This document shows, piece by piece, positions 1-15,768 of a stretch of 64,000 bases of DNA. Position numbers and translations under genes: made by a program. Below the pieces are notes generated by a model. The model searched no databases and was not told the DNA's origin. It was given only the letters and a program-made list of their open reading frames with translations. Source of the stretch: Tubiluchus corallicola (Eukaryota > Animalia > Priapulida). The stretch lies in contig JAQGDQ010000264.1 in the NCBI GenBank assembly GCA_030141605.1, forward strand, positions 251,069-315,068. The letters are read 5' to 3'. Positions within the stretch are counted from its first letter, which is position 1. Every line of letters begins with the position of its first letter.

Positions 1-451
1 AAATTAAAGTACCATACAGATGACTAAGTAAGCGTAAGTCAACAAACGCCTGCAGGTAGGGCGAGTGAAGGAAACACTGTGAATAATGGCTACCGACAAG
101 AGAACTTTCGATTTCTGCCAGCAGTGCGTCCAAGTTCAAACTTTCAAACAGCAATACGCATAGTTAATAAATACTTACTAGCTATTGCTAAAGTTGTGTA
201 AATAGGATTACACGCTGCATACAGGCTGTTAACATTTAACAATTTTTACATTCTTTCACGCCCACAATACTACTTTTAAAGAGCCTTTTAATGCAAATCA
301 ATAAACTGCTAACATTCATTCACTAATAGTTACACCAATGCAAAAGTTTGATTATTAAAACTATACATATACGTCGAACTTAAGCTGTAATTCCTATTTT
401 TTAAACCATTATGTTTTAAATTTCAAACGTTATTGTAACGATAGCAATAAC

Positions 452-740
452 GACGGCTGAGCGGTCAAAGTTAAGCAACCGTGAGACCAGATTCGTGAAT
501 GGATGAGTAACTCCCTGCTATAAGGAATATCGGCTATACTGCTTCTGGTTATTTATGTTGCTAATCATTACAATGAGCTATCATCCGGTCTTGCCACAAC
601 TGATGCACGAAGTATACCCTGTCGTTGAGTGGGATATCACGTCTGAGCGCTGCATGTCACATACGAGATCATGAACATCAGACTAATAATGTCATGTTTT
701 TGCCTCTGTCACTCCTATGTCTGACAGGAGGAATTAAATT
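452..740 (+). mobile_element. Degenerate SINE with 5S-like internal boxes
   Basis: ggctgagcggtc (A-box-like) followed by aagttaagcaac...tggatgagtaact resembling the 5S internal promoter. Confidence 0.35.
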
Positions 741-3700
741 ACAAATTTTCACAAGTTTTAGTTTATAAACGATTTAATTCACTGCTACTTTAATTGCTAA
801 ATAGATAAATCTTTCCCATAATAGTGCCACTTACATGGACATTTCAATAAACTGATAAAAAACAGAACTTCGTGTGTGATGAAAATCACAAAATTTATTC
901 TAATAACTTAGTCACGGAAGATGACTAATGTGCTCAACTTCTGTAAACTCAGTAACTAAGCAACTTTAGGAGTTTTTTGAACTGAAATAATGAAAGATTT
1001 TTATCGACGGATTTGATTTGGTAGCCTCACACTTGCATGAGATCCGACTATAAAATCACACAGCTTTCAAGACATTCAAGTAATGCTATGATGTAAAATG
1101 GACTCCGCACAAGGAACAGAAAAGGCGTATTGTTGCTAAATAGGTTGCGGCCTCTTCCTCCTCTTCCTGCTTCTCCTCTTGACAACGTGTTTTATGGAGG
1201 TAGATACATTGTCAAAATACCGCCCCGCAAATGATTTACATTTATATGTGTGCTAACTCTTTTTGCTTTATTAATTCTATACGAAAGCGTATGATAGTAG
1301 GTTAAAGAAGCTGTAATTCCCACAACAATGGTTAATCATATTTTAAATGAACCTCGCAGATAATTTCTGACAAATTCGTGTGATAACTAGTTTGGTAAGA
1401 CTTAAACAGTCAAGAATTTTCTCTGAAAACTCAGGAAAATGCACATTGTGATCGCACACGAACTCTGTGAGAGAAAGAGAAAGTTATTATTTAGTAGTTA
1501 CGGTTCTAAACTTTCTCACTGACGAGCCACTGTAGTTTCATGTAATGTTATAGTTACCATTGCTTGACATTATGCCAAAAACATACACTCGATAACAGTT
1601 GGGAAAAATTTAAAAGAAGTTTTATAAGAAAAAAATTTCAACGAATTTAAAATAATAGATTACCTAATAGATTAATTTTTGTTTTTTTTTGCTCTTCACG
1701 TGAATAAAAACGTTTTAGATTGTGAAAAGAAAGGAAGATATCAAATAATATTGTCAGCAATGGCCGCAAAACATTATAAGCTGTATTTTCAATGCATTAT
1801 AAACCGAAAACTAATAATTTCACAATTAATGCCTCGAGATAACATTATGTTATGTTGTAACACCATCTGTTCGCTTTTTCTTCAACTAAAAAAATGATTC
1901 ATTGTTCAGCTTGCTCTTATCCAAATATTTCTGCTTATAAGGCTACGATATAGCCGTATATTAAACACACTCGCACCTGCCAAACGCAGAAGCATGTTTT
2001 ACTTCATACACGGTCGATTTAAAAAAATCGATTTTAAAGTCGACGTTTTAAAATGGCCTTTTAAAGACAAAACCACGTTTCACTTGCTACTGATGTTATA
2101 TCACAGTGAGCTTGGTGATGTTAGCAATAAATAAAAAGTTGCTTTTACTTTCTTGCCGGTGCTTAGTTATTCAGTTATTTTGAAATTCCATACCTAATCT
2201 ACAAAAAAGCAAACGTACACCTAACTCGGTGTAGTAAACTCAAAAAGTGCAGTCGATGTGCTTGTATTATCCCAAGAAATGATACTAAAAACATATATAA
2301 AAGCACCAATATAAATTTTTATGATTAAAATATTAATTTGATTACAGTTTGAAGACAACAACATAATTCGTACCTGTTGATTGTCATATCTTCGTTAATG
2401 TAATCAAGCATTAAATAACGTACACGCTCAGGCAACGAAAACGCAATAAAAAATTGTCGGAGATTCAAACTTAACGTCTCACTGTCTTAATTCTTCTTCT
2501 TTAAAATCAAAAGAGACTCGGCTGCTACCATCACAATGCAGTCTACACTAAATGAAAGCAGAAATTCAAGGTAAACCTAACATAGTGAAAGCTCAGGCAG
2601 AAGTGAGTAATAATATAGGGCAATGCCTCGTGAAAGACAAGCTGTGGCAACCATAGGTGTTACAGATCACCGGTGCGGGACGGTGCACCCCTGGTCAAAG
2701 TACTTCTAGAAAAAAATGCGCGATTACTGCAATTAGTGTTATAATTTCTCTAGATAGGACCAATTTTAACACAAATTTAATGCCTTTCGATCAAAATATA
2801 ATGGGGCAAATCTAGAAGGAATTTTGAAATTTGGGGGAATCTCTGGCTCGCACCCCAAGAGAGTGGTTCAATAGTCTGTCTTTAAGCCCGCGGGCGTAGT
2901 TACCTTTTAAGTGGAAATGGTAGCCAGAGCACAAAAAGGGTGGAGGTTATTGAATTTTAAAATTTTCTTGAAATTCGGTCATATTGTTATTTCACGGGTT
3001 AAACCATTACCCAAAGTTACAGTAAAAAATTAAAGAAATTAAAATTGAAAGCTTATGCTTTATATTTTTGATGCTTTGATAAACTTCAAACTAATGTTCG
3101 AGCAAAGATAAAGTAAAAGGGAAATTTCATTTAAATGTTGTTTCTATTGGAATTATTTGAGTCCATTTCTTGGTCTAGGTGACACTTTAATTACTGAAAA
3201 CTATTCACGCCTATCACAAATGTGATGTGTTAAAAGAATCGTTTATACTACGTATCATTAGAACAGACATACATAAATTTAAAATGTCGTACCTGATTTT
3301 TAATTTAGTTCATGTAGTGAAATACGATTCCTGTTCCTACTCGAAGAATTTATATAATAACTATTAAAATTGCGTACAACGTATAACAGTCGGAGCCTTA
3401 AACGTACAAACTCTATAAATGCTAAGGCCAATACACACACGTTTATCCGCTTGCTAAAAAATTATAATGTGCAAAATTTACTGCAAGCTAATCACTCTGT
3501 ATCGAAGCCTGTATTTTACGAAAACGGCACATGGCACACACTGGCGTTTTAATACCCGCATGGCTAGTTTGGTTAAGGTCATACAATTCACTTGACCCGA
3601 TGACCATTAATAACTATTTTCCAGTTACGTAAGCTAGATAATACCACCGCAATTATTGAAATTTTGCTCTTTTGAAAACAAAACAAACACCTACACCAGC

Positions 3701-6700
3701 AAATACTATTGTTTACACATTGCGAATCGTTTAATGAATACGGCTAACAGTGTAGTTAGTTGGCCTCTAATCAACGTACTTAAAAGCTTAATTACTAATA
3801 CTAGTGTCATGAACGCTTATAGGACTATTTTAGCAGGTTATTTTCTAAACTCAATCAGTAGTTCAACTGTTTGCCAAAACCGCGTGAACTTTGGGTAAAG
3901 TTTAAACAATTCTTAGCAAAGTTTGCACGAACTTTCTATTATGCACGAACTCAAACAAGCAGACCGCTTTTCGCTTTTCGTTTTAAGTGAACTGTGTTGA
4001 TTAATTAGTGCATCTGCCCCGACGTCTCCTCAAATACTTGGGTATATTAAAATACTCTGTGTGTGGCAGCTTAAGAAGATATTTCGAGAATTGGTGCAAT
4101 GAATGATAGACTGTGCCAGGTTACCCTCTAGGCTGCAGCCTAGCCCCCTCATGCTTGGGGGCCTCCAAGCTTTGGTAACATTTGATATAAAATCTGTTTT
4201 TCCACTACGGTTGTATTGAAATATATACTAATATAATTTGAATAAATAGAAAAGTAAAATAGTGGTGTTTTTTTAAAGAATATTTTTATTGACCAACAAA
4301 AGACCGATTCTAATTTAAGATAAATAAAGAATTTGCAATAAGTTTACTTCAAGCTATGCAAGTGTCGCTAAAATATATCAAGAGTAAAAAATATTCAAGA
4401 CGGGTACGGGCTAGTTAGAGGGTGGCTTCGACTGAAAGGTCCATAATTTCATTAGCCTAAGTGACTCCAAAAGGTCATAATCCAGCATTCTTGATAGATC
4501 AGGCATCACATGCCCCAGCCTTTCATTTGATATTAACTAATTCAACAACAATAGTTATATTTAGCGAATTGTTATTCAACGCATGTCTTGTACAGCATGG
4601 TTTTGAAAAAGTAAAGTTTGATGTGCACCGTAGATATCATCAACGCATTTTAATGACTGGAACATTTTTCATACCTCGAAAAGCATTAAAAGACACATCT
4701 AACGTATTTCAACTTTATTGTTCTCTGTAATTTCGTCGTTTGGGGCTAGCTGAGCCTCACCAAGAAACTCCAAAAGTAGTTTAGTTTAAATTATGCAAGT
4801 GAGCAACGCTATAATCTACGTTTGAAAATCTACTATTTGAAGGCAACAGTAGATACATGTAGATGTTGAAGAAAAGTAAATGATAATCAGCAAGACCTTC
4901 AAAGCAAAAATGTTTCTTGTCTCATATGAATGTTCCTATTTAAGCTGTAAGCTAATGGGAGAATGCAGTATTTTGTTTAATTTTGAAGATCTCAGAACGC
5001 ACGTCAATTATGGCTGGATAGTTTCAAGTGCACAAGCAATTGTTTATATTGTATTGGACACAATACACAGAAATGAAAGCTAGAGAAACGGCTGACATTA
5101 TGTGTCACTTTTGTGTTAATGGGTAATGGTCCAGCTTATTCAATTCTTTTTAATTATTCTTAGTTTGTTAGGTATAATGTAGCTAAAAACTGGCATACCA
5201 GAAGCTATTTAAGTCGCTATTAGTTGTCACATACTGGCCAAAAAAATCTTACTCCCATTAAATAGTGATTAATATGTTAAGGTGAAAACTTGCCAGGGAA
5301 AAGAGCTCATCTATTTCCGCCATTATAAATCAGTTTTGTTACGCGGTATTTATTTTAATCATGTGTATACCTGCTAATGAAATACATGTTAATTTTTTGT
5401 TCGTATGATAACAAGGTAACAGTACTTATATAATACGTACGCAGTGTCTACATACAAAACATAAGCTTAGATTGTTATGTTGAACATTTTTGTTATTGTA
5501 TTATTGATAATCAACTATAACTAACAACAATTAAATGTTTCCTGTATCAGCTTCCCGCTGATTTATTCAAGGATTTATTTTGACATTTCATGCAAGAAAA
5601 ACGATGCTTATTATGTTCTTAAACTAATAAAATGAAGTGATAACAGCTAGGCCTATAAACCCCGTGTCGATTTAATTCAAGGTTACATTCCAACTGCAAA
5701 GTTATAAAAGTGCGATAATAAACGTAATTTGATCTTTATAGTTAAAATGAATTAACCTCGTAATTAAAACAACGTGAACGGCATTTATTAATGTAATTAA
5801 AACGTTACTGTTCAAAAAGTTTTATATCTGTTAAGTATTAAAACTGTTGATAATATTTGACTCGCGTACAAATCGAATCTGTCTTGGACTGTCCACAACG
5901 TCCGGAGGTAAGTCATCTTGTCACAACAGCCGGCTGAAGAAAGACAATACCACGCAACAAACGATTCGTATTACCCTAATACTATATGGCGATGGTGCGA
6001 ATCTTTGGCTTTTCGAGATTAGCCATTTTCAAATTATCATGTGTAGGAGAACACTTTTGGCCTTAATGGTCCGAGCTTTTTTCAATTTTTTTCTAAATTC
6101 AAATCTGTGACGCAGAATTAACTTCAAGCATTCAGTAAAAAGAAGTACTGTCATTGCAACTTGCATAAAAAATAGTTTGAAAATTTAAAATGATTTAGCT
6201 TATTCGTCTTTATATAAATCCTACTACTGCCATCTAGTAATTATTCCAAGAACTACTCTTGCGTACGCATTAAGCCTTTTAGAGCTGAGTAGTACAGCAT
6301 AATGAACACTGCCCATTTGCATGTAATACAGAGGCCTGCTTCTCCTCTAAAATTAGCAAAATCCAGTTTAAAAAATAATAAAAAAGTAAAGGCATTGATA
6401 GCTTGCCATTATAGTTATTGAAGACTTACGAATTGGTCTTTCCGTTAAGAATTTGTCAAGAATTGGAATAAAATTACTGAATTAAATAAACAGGGGCTGA
6501 AAACGACTGACGGGAACGTTGGGTACCTATTGTATTGAAAGTCATTACAAAATAAACACGAATTACGGGCTGATTATTGCAAGCTGGCAAGACTTAAGCT
6601 AGTAGTCACTGTGAATTATGAATTAAAACATTAAAACACGTGCCTAAATGTCGACCAATGTACGATTATTTGAAATAAGACGGTTTCTGAAAACTTACAA

Positions 6701-9700
6701 GGTGCCAATTGTGTAAATGAGTAAGATTATCAGGCTTAATTAAGATATCACTTTCGCCCAGCATGGCAGTGATTGAATGTCACGACGCCTCACTTGTGAA
6801 TGGTATTAAAACGCAATATGTGGGACAGCAAGATAGTCTCACACGTTGCGATCTAAACAGTTTTCTTATAAACCCAGTGATAACGGTTCATAGGTCTACT
6901 TTTAGTTGTTTTACAGTTTTAGACCCTGGTTTTATGCACTGTAAGATGATCAGCGTATCTCTAACATAGGACCCCTTGACCTGGTGCTTCCCTCTAAAGA
7001 GCTGCTTGGACCTGTTCGAAGTGAAATACTTGCTAACGTAGACAAACACCTATTTATTCTCGACTATGAATCTATTCGCAGGAAAAACTAGCAAAATCTC
7101 TTAATTACAGCAACATACTAGGCTGTAATTGTATGCTTCCCGGTTCACTAACATGAGATACACAGATTATTCTCCCTCATTTGTACAATAATAGAAAATC
7201 AGTTTTATGCCTAATCGGATTTGCTATTGTAACACGAAGCACGTGCTATTAGATCGAAGTGCGGTTAAATTTAATTTCCGTCTGCTACTGTGTTATAATT
7301 AAGCTTTTTTATGAATGAACTGTCGAGATTAAGAAATAAGTGAGGATAATTGAAAAAGCTTTGGAGAAAACGTAAAGGGTTAAATAACGAGCGAGTGGCG
7401 ATCCTAATAGCGAATTCGTTGTTAGTCCCATATAAGAATAAATTTAACAAGCTCATAAAATCAATAAGAGTTGACATATCCTCATTTTAATTTTAAAAAG
7501 GCTTGGATGAAAATTGTTTAATAGTTGGTATCATAAAGCACGTAGTTTGATTTTGTTTTATTATAACTTTAGACAGCTGATGAAAAGCCTGTTGATGCTG
7601 CTCAAACACTTTCACATTGCAATTAAAATCACATTGCAAAATGCCAGAGTTCAATAACTGAAGTATTCTGATTCATGACAAAAAGAATAATATAAACAAA
7701 TCGTCAAAACGCAACTTCCAGATTTAATAAAACAAAATTACTTAATCATGATTTGTCTACGTTGCTTAGTTAGCTGTCTTACAACTAATTATCAATTTGT
7801 TACTTTGACAACCATGTTACGTATATACCCACACTCTACACACATGTAAATTAGATGCATTTGTGCAACACTTATAACTTGTAAAGAGTGTGAAAAGAGG
7901 CAGAACCCTGTTTGTGTTATACATGAAGTTGAAGCAAAACTTACAATACACTGCCCCGTTTAATTTCACCCCAAAAGTCAAATGCAAATAATTTAACTGT
8001 GTGAGTAAATGCCGGAATTTAAATAGATTTGACTCAATACAAAATCCGAGGCTTAATTTATGATGTATTTTATTGGCGTAATTTAATTATGCAATGATTT
8101 GATTGTAACTGCTGTACGGAAATATAAATTGTTTGAAATATGGCATACTTTCAAAATTCTTTTTATCAGTGTAGTTGAAAGATTATCTGTGATAAGTAGT
8201 AGGTCTATACACTTTATCAACACTTAATTATATTGCAGTTGCAATTTTTCACTAGTAAGAATTTCATTTTGTTAATGAAATTAGATCGTGCGTCTGAGTG
8301 ACAACTGCTAAGCCAGGCTATGTTCGCAGATCTACGTGCCCTAATTTCATCACTTATTTCAAGTTCATAGTAACTCTCTTTTACAAAGACTACAGGCTAC
8401 AGAGCTTTATACTTGAAGGGCTAAACACGTTAACAATCATATGTAGATGGACAGTTTGTGATTGTATCTAGCGGTGTCAAAATGCACTCTGAACTGTTAA
8501 CTTAATGCACATAATAGAAAAGGTGCTAGTCGATGTAGCTTTGCGGTGTCTATACACAAAGATGTCTTTCTTTGCAGGTAAGAATGAGCGGTACTGGTGC
8601 AAAAAAAGTCGAAATACAACAAAAACTTCCTCTTTTGTCATAAAGAATACGCTCTTAATATTGAAGTCGACGAAGTCAAAATTTAGTCCTCTAAATTAGC
8701 ATAATTATATTACAAAAATCATGTCAACCATTTATTTGTAGACACGTATTGTTTCTTCCACGCTAAATATTATTGAATTTCTTATAAACTTATTTATTAT
8801 TAATATAGTATTATGAATTTATGATAGAGCTAAGAACAGTAATTCGAAAGAAAGAATGCCAAAGAACGAAAGTGAAGTCCCAAAAGACTATACTTAACCC
8901 GGTGAAATCTCCCGTTTTTACAATTTTTGCAAAGCAGTTATTATAAGTAACGATAGTTATTAGACTATCGGCAAAATTAGTATTACACGATACGCGTGAT
9001 TATTTTTAAAAGTATTCTTAACAATTTCATCTTAAAGGAAGACAGGATGATTTTTCATATACTACCCCATTTTCAAGTCTGATAAAAAGTATACATCTTA
9101 ACACAATTAATATTGTAAAAGCGTTTCTGATAATTAAATAATAGTTTAAAAATGGGTGAGCTAGCCCAACTATTGATGACATCACAAACTAACATAATTT
9201 TCAACAGCAAAAATATTCCACGATCGTGTTCCACGATAAAAGTGGAAATTGAAGTGCGGTGCTACTATAAGATTTTTAGTGTGTTGTACTAAAACTTTTT
9301 TGTGCAATGCGTTACCGAAATGCAGGCGCCAGTGCCCGTTTAACTAACAAATGGCAAAATGCATGTAACAGCGAAGAACTAGTGGTGCGAACGCGAAATT
9401 GTGTTTGGGTGGTAATAATTTTACGTGAGTCATTTTTGAAAAAATAGTACGTTTCCTTTCAACATTTTAAAGAGTAGATTGTTTTGACCTACAGTTTAAG
9501 ATTGGATCCGGTTTTACTTTAAGTCAGCCAGGATTATGCTGTTCATTGCTCAAAGCCTTTTCCTAAAACGAATCAGCCTGGGATTACATGTTATGATTAT
9601 AAACTTACTAGATTAAATAAAAAGCTCGAACAACGTTCATTGCATTTTAAAATACAATTAAAAATATTGGAATCACCACACAATATACGTACAGAGTGCT

Positions 9701-9782
9701 TTGCTTAAAATGCAAACGAAATTTAAAATCAAACTTATTTCCCGCCAAACCAACCACTCAGTGGCATATTTAAAAAAATCGA

Positions 9783-9940
9783 CGCAAGCTGGTGGACAGC
9801 CTGAACGCCGTGAAGAGGCTCGCAAGCTGGTGGTCAGCCTGAACGCCGTGAAGAGGCTCGCAAGCTGGTGGTCAGCCTGAACGCCGTGAAGAGGCTCGCA
9901 AGCTGGTGGACAGCCTGAACGCCGTGAAGAGGCTCGTAGC
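9783..9940. repeat. 38-bp GC-rich tandem repeat x4
   Basis: cgcaagctggtgg(a/t)cagcctgaacgccgtgaagaggct. Confidence 0.95.
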
Positions 9941-12900
9941 AAAACTTAATGTAGTTCACTCAAAAGTTCCGCTATTCTAGCGTTGTGGTTCAGCTGTGTT
10001 TATATAAAAATTATTTATCGGGCTTAACTTTCTAATATATTTCTCAAATATTAAAATAATCCGAGAGCCTTGTCTTTTCCTTTAACTATAATGGAAACGT
10101 AGAAAACAAGGCCTAAGGAAATATGGCAACTACAGGGCAGTTCAAAGCAAAAGCTTGGGCACCACAAATATATTATGACAAAAGTGTTGATTTGCATTGC
10201 AATGTGTTTGTATTAAGTTTACGGTGCCAAAGATTTTTTATTGACGGGTCCACACAATTTCAAAGTACAAAAAAACATTTTGCAAATAAAAAAACCTGAC
10301 TGAATAAAATCCCCAGCGTTTCAACGCACACTTAATTTCTGTGCCTCAATATTATTATTTTTATAATAGCTAAAGAATGAGCGGAATGTCATGGCCGAGC
10401 CTTAGTTTCAGGAAAATACACAATATCAGATTGTAATCATTTACGTAAATGCCGGTCGTTGTACTAATTGTAACTTTCTTTGCGTGAACAGCGTAACAAA
10501 GCTTCATCGTGCGGCAGTAAAACTAAACCAAGTGAACAAAATTGTGCTAAGCAACAGTGTTACTATCACTCTGTACCTAGTTTTATTATTTAGTATGTAT
10601 ACTGATATAATAGAGTTATGAGCGTCATCATCAGCATCAGCATCATCATCGTCGTCGTCATCGTCGTTGTTGTCGTCGTCGTCGTTATCATCATTATTAT
10701 TGTACAGCTCAGCACCCTATCAATCGAAAGACATCAATCGTCAGTTGATGTAGATGGTTGTGTCAGACCGGTACCTAGTTCATTATCAAGAATAATCTTG
10801 TAAGTTATAACATTAAACCGGTAGAGGAATCTTAGCTATGTTTAGAGATGCATATGCAGCTTCCCTTAAAAAGGCAAATATTGAGGCAGTACGGCAGATG
10901 AAAACCGGCCAAAACTAGTTTTATTGGTGGTTACACACGCATTTACTGAGCAGGTTCACAATGCTTAACTTCTGTCGCTTAAAAATGCTAGGAAGACAAA
11001 TCATAGACTCTCATATTTGACGAGTTTTCACTAGCCCTTAACTCTTCCTGGTCTTAGTAAGTCAAGCATGAATTCCCAGACTGCCCCCCATGCGCAGTGT
11101 ACAAGGTAGTGCCGGTCGAAACACATTTAGAGCTTTTTTAGAAAAACTTGCTCCTCATAACACGTTTAGCGCAGAGATTTTCCCAACCTAGATCTACAAA
11201 CCTCGTCTTATCTCACCTCCTAGTTTACTTGTTGCATACTTGTAAGCATAATACGGCTTAAGCAAAGGCCTTGTTAGACCTTATTCAGGACAAGTGGATT
11301 GAGCATTTAGTAGTTAAACAACTTTTTCAAAGGCTTCGTAACACGTAGATCCCTCAACAAACATTATACGCGATTTCGCAATTTATTTCGCAGCATTGTG
11401 GTAAGAGTTTTATTGGAGGAACGCGCATGTTTATCAATCTCATTGAGCTCTTGTTACTTCCTACCAAGAAGACAAGGCAGAAAATCTGTCTTTTCCTGCA
11501 CCAATTATCGCTGCTGCGGTATTAGTTCAGCCACTGTGAATATCCAAAATCGAAACGGATAAATTAGAGAAATAGGCAAGCCTTGCAAGTGCCAATTTTT
11601 CCGTTTTTTAGTGTTAATGGTAATGTTAAACACGCTAATAGTCACTGTCATGAGTATAGTTCTTTTTTCAATATAGGTTAATTGCAACGAAAATACGTAA
11701 CTTGTTACTCAATGTTACAATTTCGATCAGCACTTTTATAATTTCGATAGGTGAGCAATAAAGGGCTGATGCGCTTAAAATTATACTAGGTTTCATTTTA
11801 AATAGGAAGTTAAAAATTGAAATTTGGTTGATGTCATACTTACTTTACTAATGTAGGAGATTTTTTCATTTACATATTGCTTATATGTAGTTGCTTCCCT
11901 CTAATTACTACAGTTTTGCAAATTTATTACAGTTTTTTATTATTATTACAGATTTTTTTCATGTTTATATTTGCGAACTTCCACAACTCCTGGGGAAAAG
12001 TGGATATCAAACTGTCGAAATTTTTTGCTTAAGATTTGCAGATACGTAAAAATATGTAAATGGTATGTTAAAATACGTAAAAATAGTTTAGTTGCCGTTT
12101 CGAGACAGCAAAACGACATACGCTTTGTGGGAATGAGGAGCTTAGTAACACCAAATGTGTGGTCACCTAGAAACATCTATCATGCACCCCGGTCCACTTA
12201 GCGTTGCAGTTGTCTTAAAACTTGTAGCTGCTGTAACGAATACCTTTGGTGGATTTTCAAAAATGACCTTCCATGTTCTTAATATAGTACAGGTCATTTC
12301 CTTTCAAATTTAATTTGTTACTAAAATGTATACCAAACTTACTCGCAATCACATAGCTTGTAGTTCGTTCAAGCTACAGAAAAAGGCTTGACTGCATCAC
12401 AGCCAAGACGAAATAAGGTAAAATAAAATGATAAAATGCAATTTATTCCGGGTAAAAAACGAATGTGTTAGCAACACGGAACTCATAGTTTTAGTAAAAA
12501 TTTTAGTCAAAAGTTAAAAAATCATTGCGTTTGGCTTCGCACTATTTTTTCTCAGCGAATGTAATTCTCATAACCCTGTCATAATATACATAAGTATTTA
12601 AACAAAAAAAAAAGATGAAAAAATGTTTACTGTAAACGAATTTGCAAATTCGGCTTTGTTTTATCTCTACGGCAGTTCTTAACAGTGGCAATTGCGGCAA
12701 TGACAATAAATATAATCGACTAAAAGTTTTGTTAAAATAGTAAAATGTATACATTTTGGGCTTACAGGTTTTGCATGCGATTTTTTCTTAAAAAGCTTAC
12801 AATATCTCACACCGCAACTTGCATGTACGAAACGTGCTGCTTAATTTGTTAATAAGTTTTTAAAAAATAAACAAATGGTATAATTATTACTTCCGTAAAA

Positions 12901-15391
12901 TCAGAAAATGCTACAGACGTGGTTGTGGCAAAACAATGAAAGTAGCAGTTTGTCTCTAGTGGTTAGGCTACATAAGCTATAGAATCATACTAACTTGTTT
13001 CAAATTTTTATTTGAGTGCGAAGCGTTAAAACATTATAAGGCATTTTAGGATTCGAACGTAAGTCCCTCTGGTTAAAGTACACTTGCTGTAGTATAGCTG
13101 ACGCCTATTGTCATCTTTCTGCTTGAACATGATATGCAGCGTAGTTGTTCTGTCGACTACAACTTGATTTTTAAACTCAGAAAACCATTCTTATTAAACT
13201 GATCGCGATATTCTTTGTTTTAGAGACCGTCTGGATGTTTATTAATTCTTACCGTTTATAAATATCCGAGTTTGATCTTCTTCCGGCCAAATTATGTTCA
13301 AGTCTATACCTCCACTGTCTAATCACTATATCACCTGGTATGTCACTGTAAAAAAATCAATAAAGTTCTCACAAGAACTCTTCCTGCCACCACCAACAGC
13401 AATAGACTTGTGACTAAAACTTTTTCTCAGCCTTTTAAAACTATCAAATTGGAATAAGATGAAGCATAGAAAGTGAAAGAGTGTTTTGTACGCGGATACG
13501 CGTCCACCACAATACTCTTCAATATGTGCGCGCGTTACGCTCAGCATTGCTGCTGTTTTACGCTACTCACGCGTGACGCAAGCCGCATTTCCGCTCGCTG
13601 ATTGATTGGTCAGGCAAGGTTGCTCATTTCAATACCGGAGCAAATTGTATTAAAACACGGAAGGGCTCACTTGAACTTTAACTGGTGCATAATCTCAGCT
13701 GGAATGGATCTTATTAATGAATTTACTGTTATAACCGCACGCGTCCGGGCCTAGACGAAGCTTAATCCAAAACTGGATTCACCTGTTTTTATCCAGCCCC
13801 GGAAGTGAAAGTAGAATTTCATAAAATAACTCACTCAAAAATAATGCATCTTTTGTTTGCTACTGATACAAAGAGGCGTGTGTTTAACTTACATTTGGCA
13901 TAATGGTAAAATTTTGCACTTGATGAAGTTATGAAAGTGAGTCAATTTTCACTTCTTGCGTACTCATAGGTATTAATAAGTAACTGGATTTATTCAGTCT
14001 GCTATTAATACACCCTTTTTGAACAAAAGTGCTTTCACGCATATTTTTAGAATTATTAAGACCTCTTTGTGTAAGTACAGAGAAATATGCAATGATTAAA
14101 GATGTAGAAATTTTTGCTTACATTTTTCTTCAAAGCACTAGCAATGATAATTAGAAAATATTGCTAATGCATGACTGACTTTATCTACAAAACAAAAGAT
14201 TTGAAACGTTTGATAAGAAACTAAAATTTCAGTGCAAAGAAACAGATAGTTTTATCATTTATTATCAAAATAAATTAAACTGAAACAAACTTTAATTGAA
14301 AATAACAAGACGATGACGACAACAAGAGTTGTTACTTAGTCAGAAATAGGCCTGAGCAAGATTTGGTGATGCCCTAAACAGCACCAAAGCCGGAAGCCCT
14401 TTAGGGAATTGGGAGAACTTACTACGCAGAAAATGCAACAAAACTGCAAAAGTTCTGATTAGGAATCTATAAAAATTACGTAAGTAATTAAATAAACACA
14501 AATGTTCAAAATTTAAAAAAATCCATAAATTTGAGGCTTCTTTTTTCTTGAAGACTGCGTAGCGCTTAAGTTCGTCTTTTTAACTTATGCCTAAATCTTG
14601 CCTTGCTGAGACACATCTCTAACAAAAATTTTCTAATATGTTGACTAGCGTACGTTCAGAATTTACATTTGGGTGAGCAGAAACGTGTGCTTGTTAGTCC
14701 TTGTACAATTGCTATTCAACTGTTTGTAGACCAGATCAGGACATCATGCATTAAATCTAGAATAATGATCAGCCATTTACCCCACTACATAGTTAACAAA
14801 CGCTAATAATTGTGAAATATCATTTTTGCAGAACTGTTCCATTGTTAAGCCAATGCAGACAGAAGTGTTGAGTTAAATTTGGACAAAAGACTTGAACAAT
14901 GAAATAGATAGTTTACTATGCGCCTTTCATTTTAACTTTCGTTTTTCCCAAATTAGGGGAGCAATGAACGTGCTTCGTATAATTGAGGCTGCAGCAACTA
15001 TACTTGAAAGGAAGATGAAGATAAGTTTATAATTGGCATTGTGTACATTGACTGATTAAACTTAATTTTGTTTGATAAATGTGCTTTTAGGTTTTCATGA
15101 GCGTCGATTAAAAACACTTTCACTGAAGAGCTGCACGCATCGTGTTAATAAATTAATATCAGTAATAATTGATTTGTTATTGACAGTAAACTGACAACAA
15201 ACACTAAACAAAGCTTATTAAAAATTTGAATGTCAACCAGACGCAAGTAACTTTTACCGGAGAAATTTGTTGTCTAAATATCGTCAGCTTTATTGTGACA
15301 AACGTGCTACCGGTAAAAGTTTATTTTTACTAGTTTCGTCACCTGTTTTTTCTGGTTTGCATTTCGTCCTGCCGGATAGTGCCGACTTGCC

Positions 15392-15768
15392 TAGGCCGGA
15401 TTAAGACCTTTTGGGGCCCCTAGGTCCAATGAAATTATGGGGGTGCCCTGAGGCGAAGCGACCCTCTAACTTGCCCTATCTTGAAATTTTTTTTTCACTC
15501 GTGATATATTTTAGTGACACTTACGTAAGTTGAAGTAAACTTATTGCCAATTCTTCAAATAAGCTAGAATAGCTATCTTTTGTTTGTCAATAAAAATATT
15601 CTGTAAGAAATACCACACGCATACGATTGTTTTATTATTTATTACAAAGCAAATTAACAGATATTTCAACATAGCTGTAGTGGAAAAACTGATTTTTTTT
15701 ACCAAATGTTACCAAAGCTTAAGAGACCTAGGCTGCAGCCTATACGGTTATAGGCTAATTCAGCTCAG
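15392..15768. mobile_element. Degenerate MITE with a gccggattaa terminus
   Basis: aggccggattaagacc...ggggccccta left end; ggctgcagccta...taattcagc right end. Confidence 0.35.
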
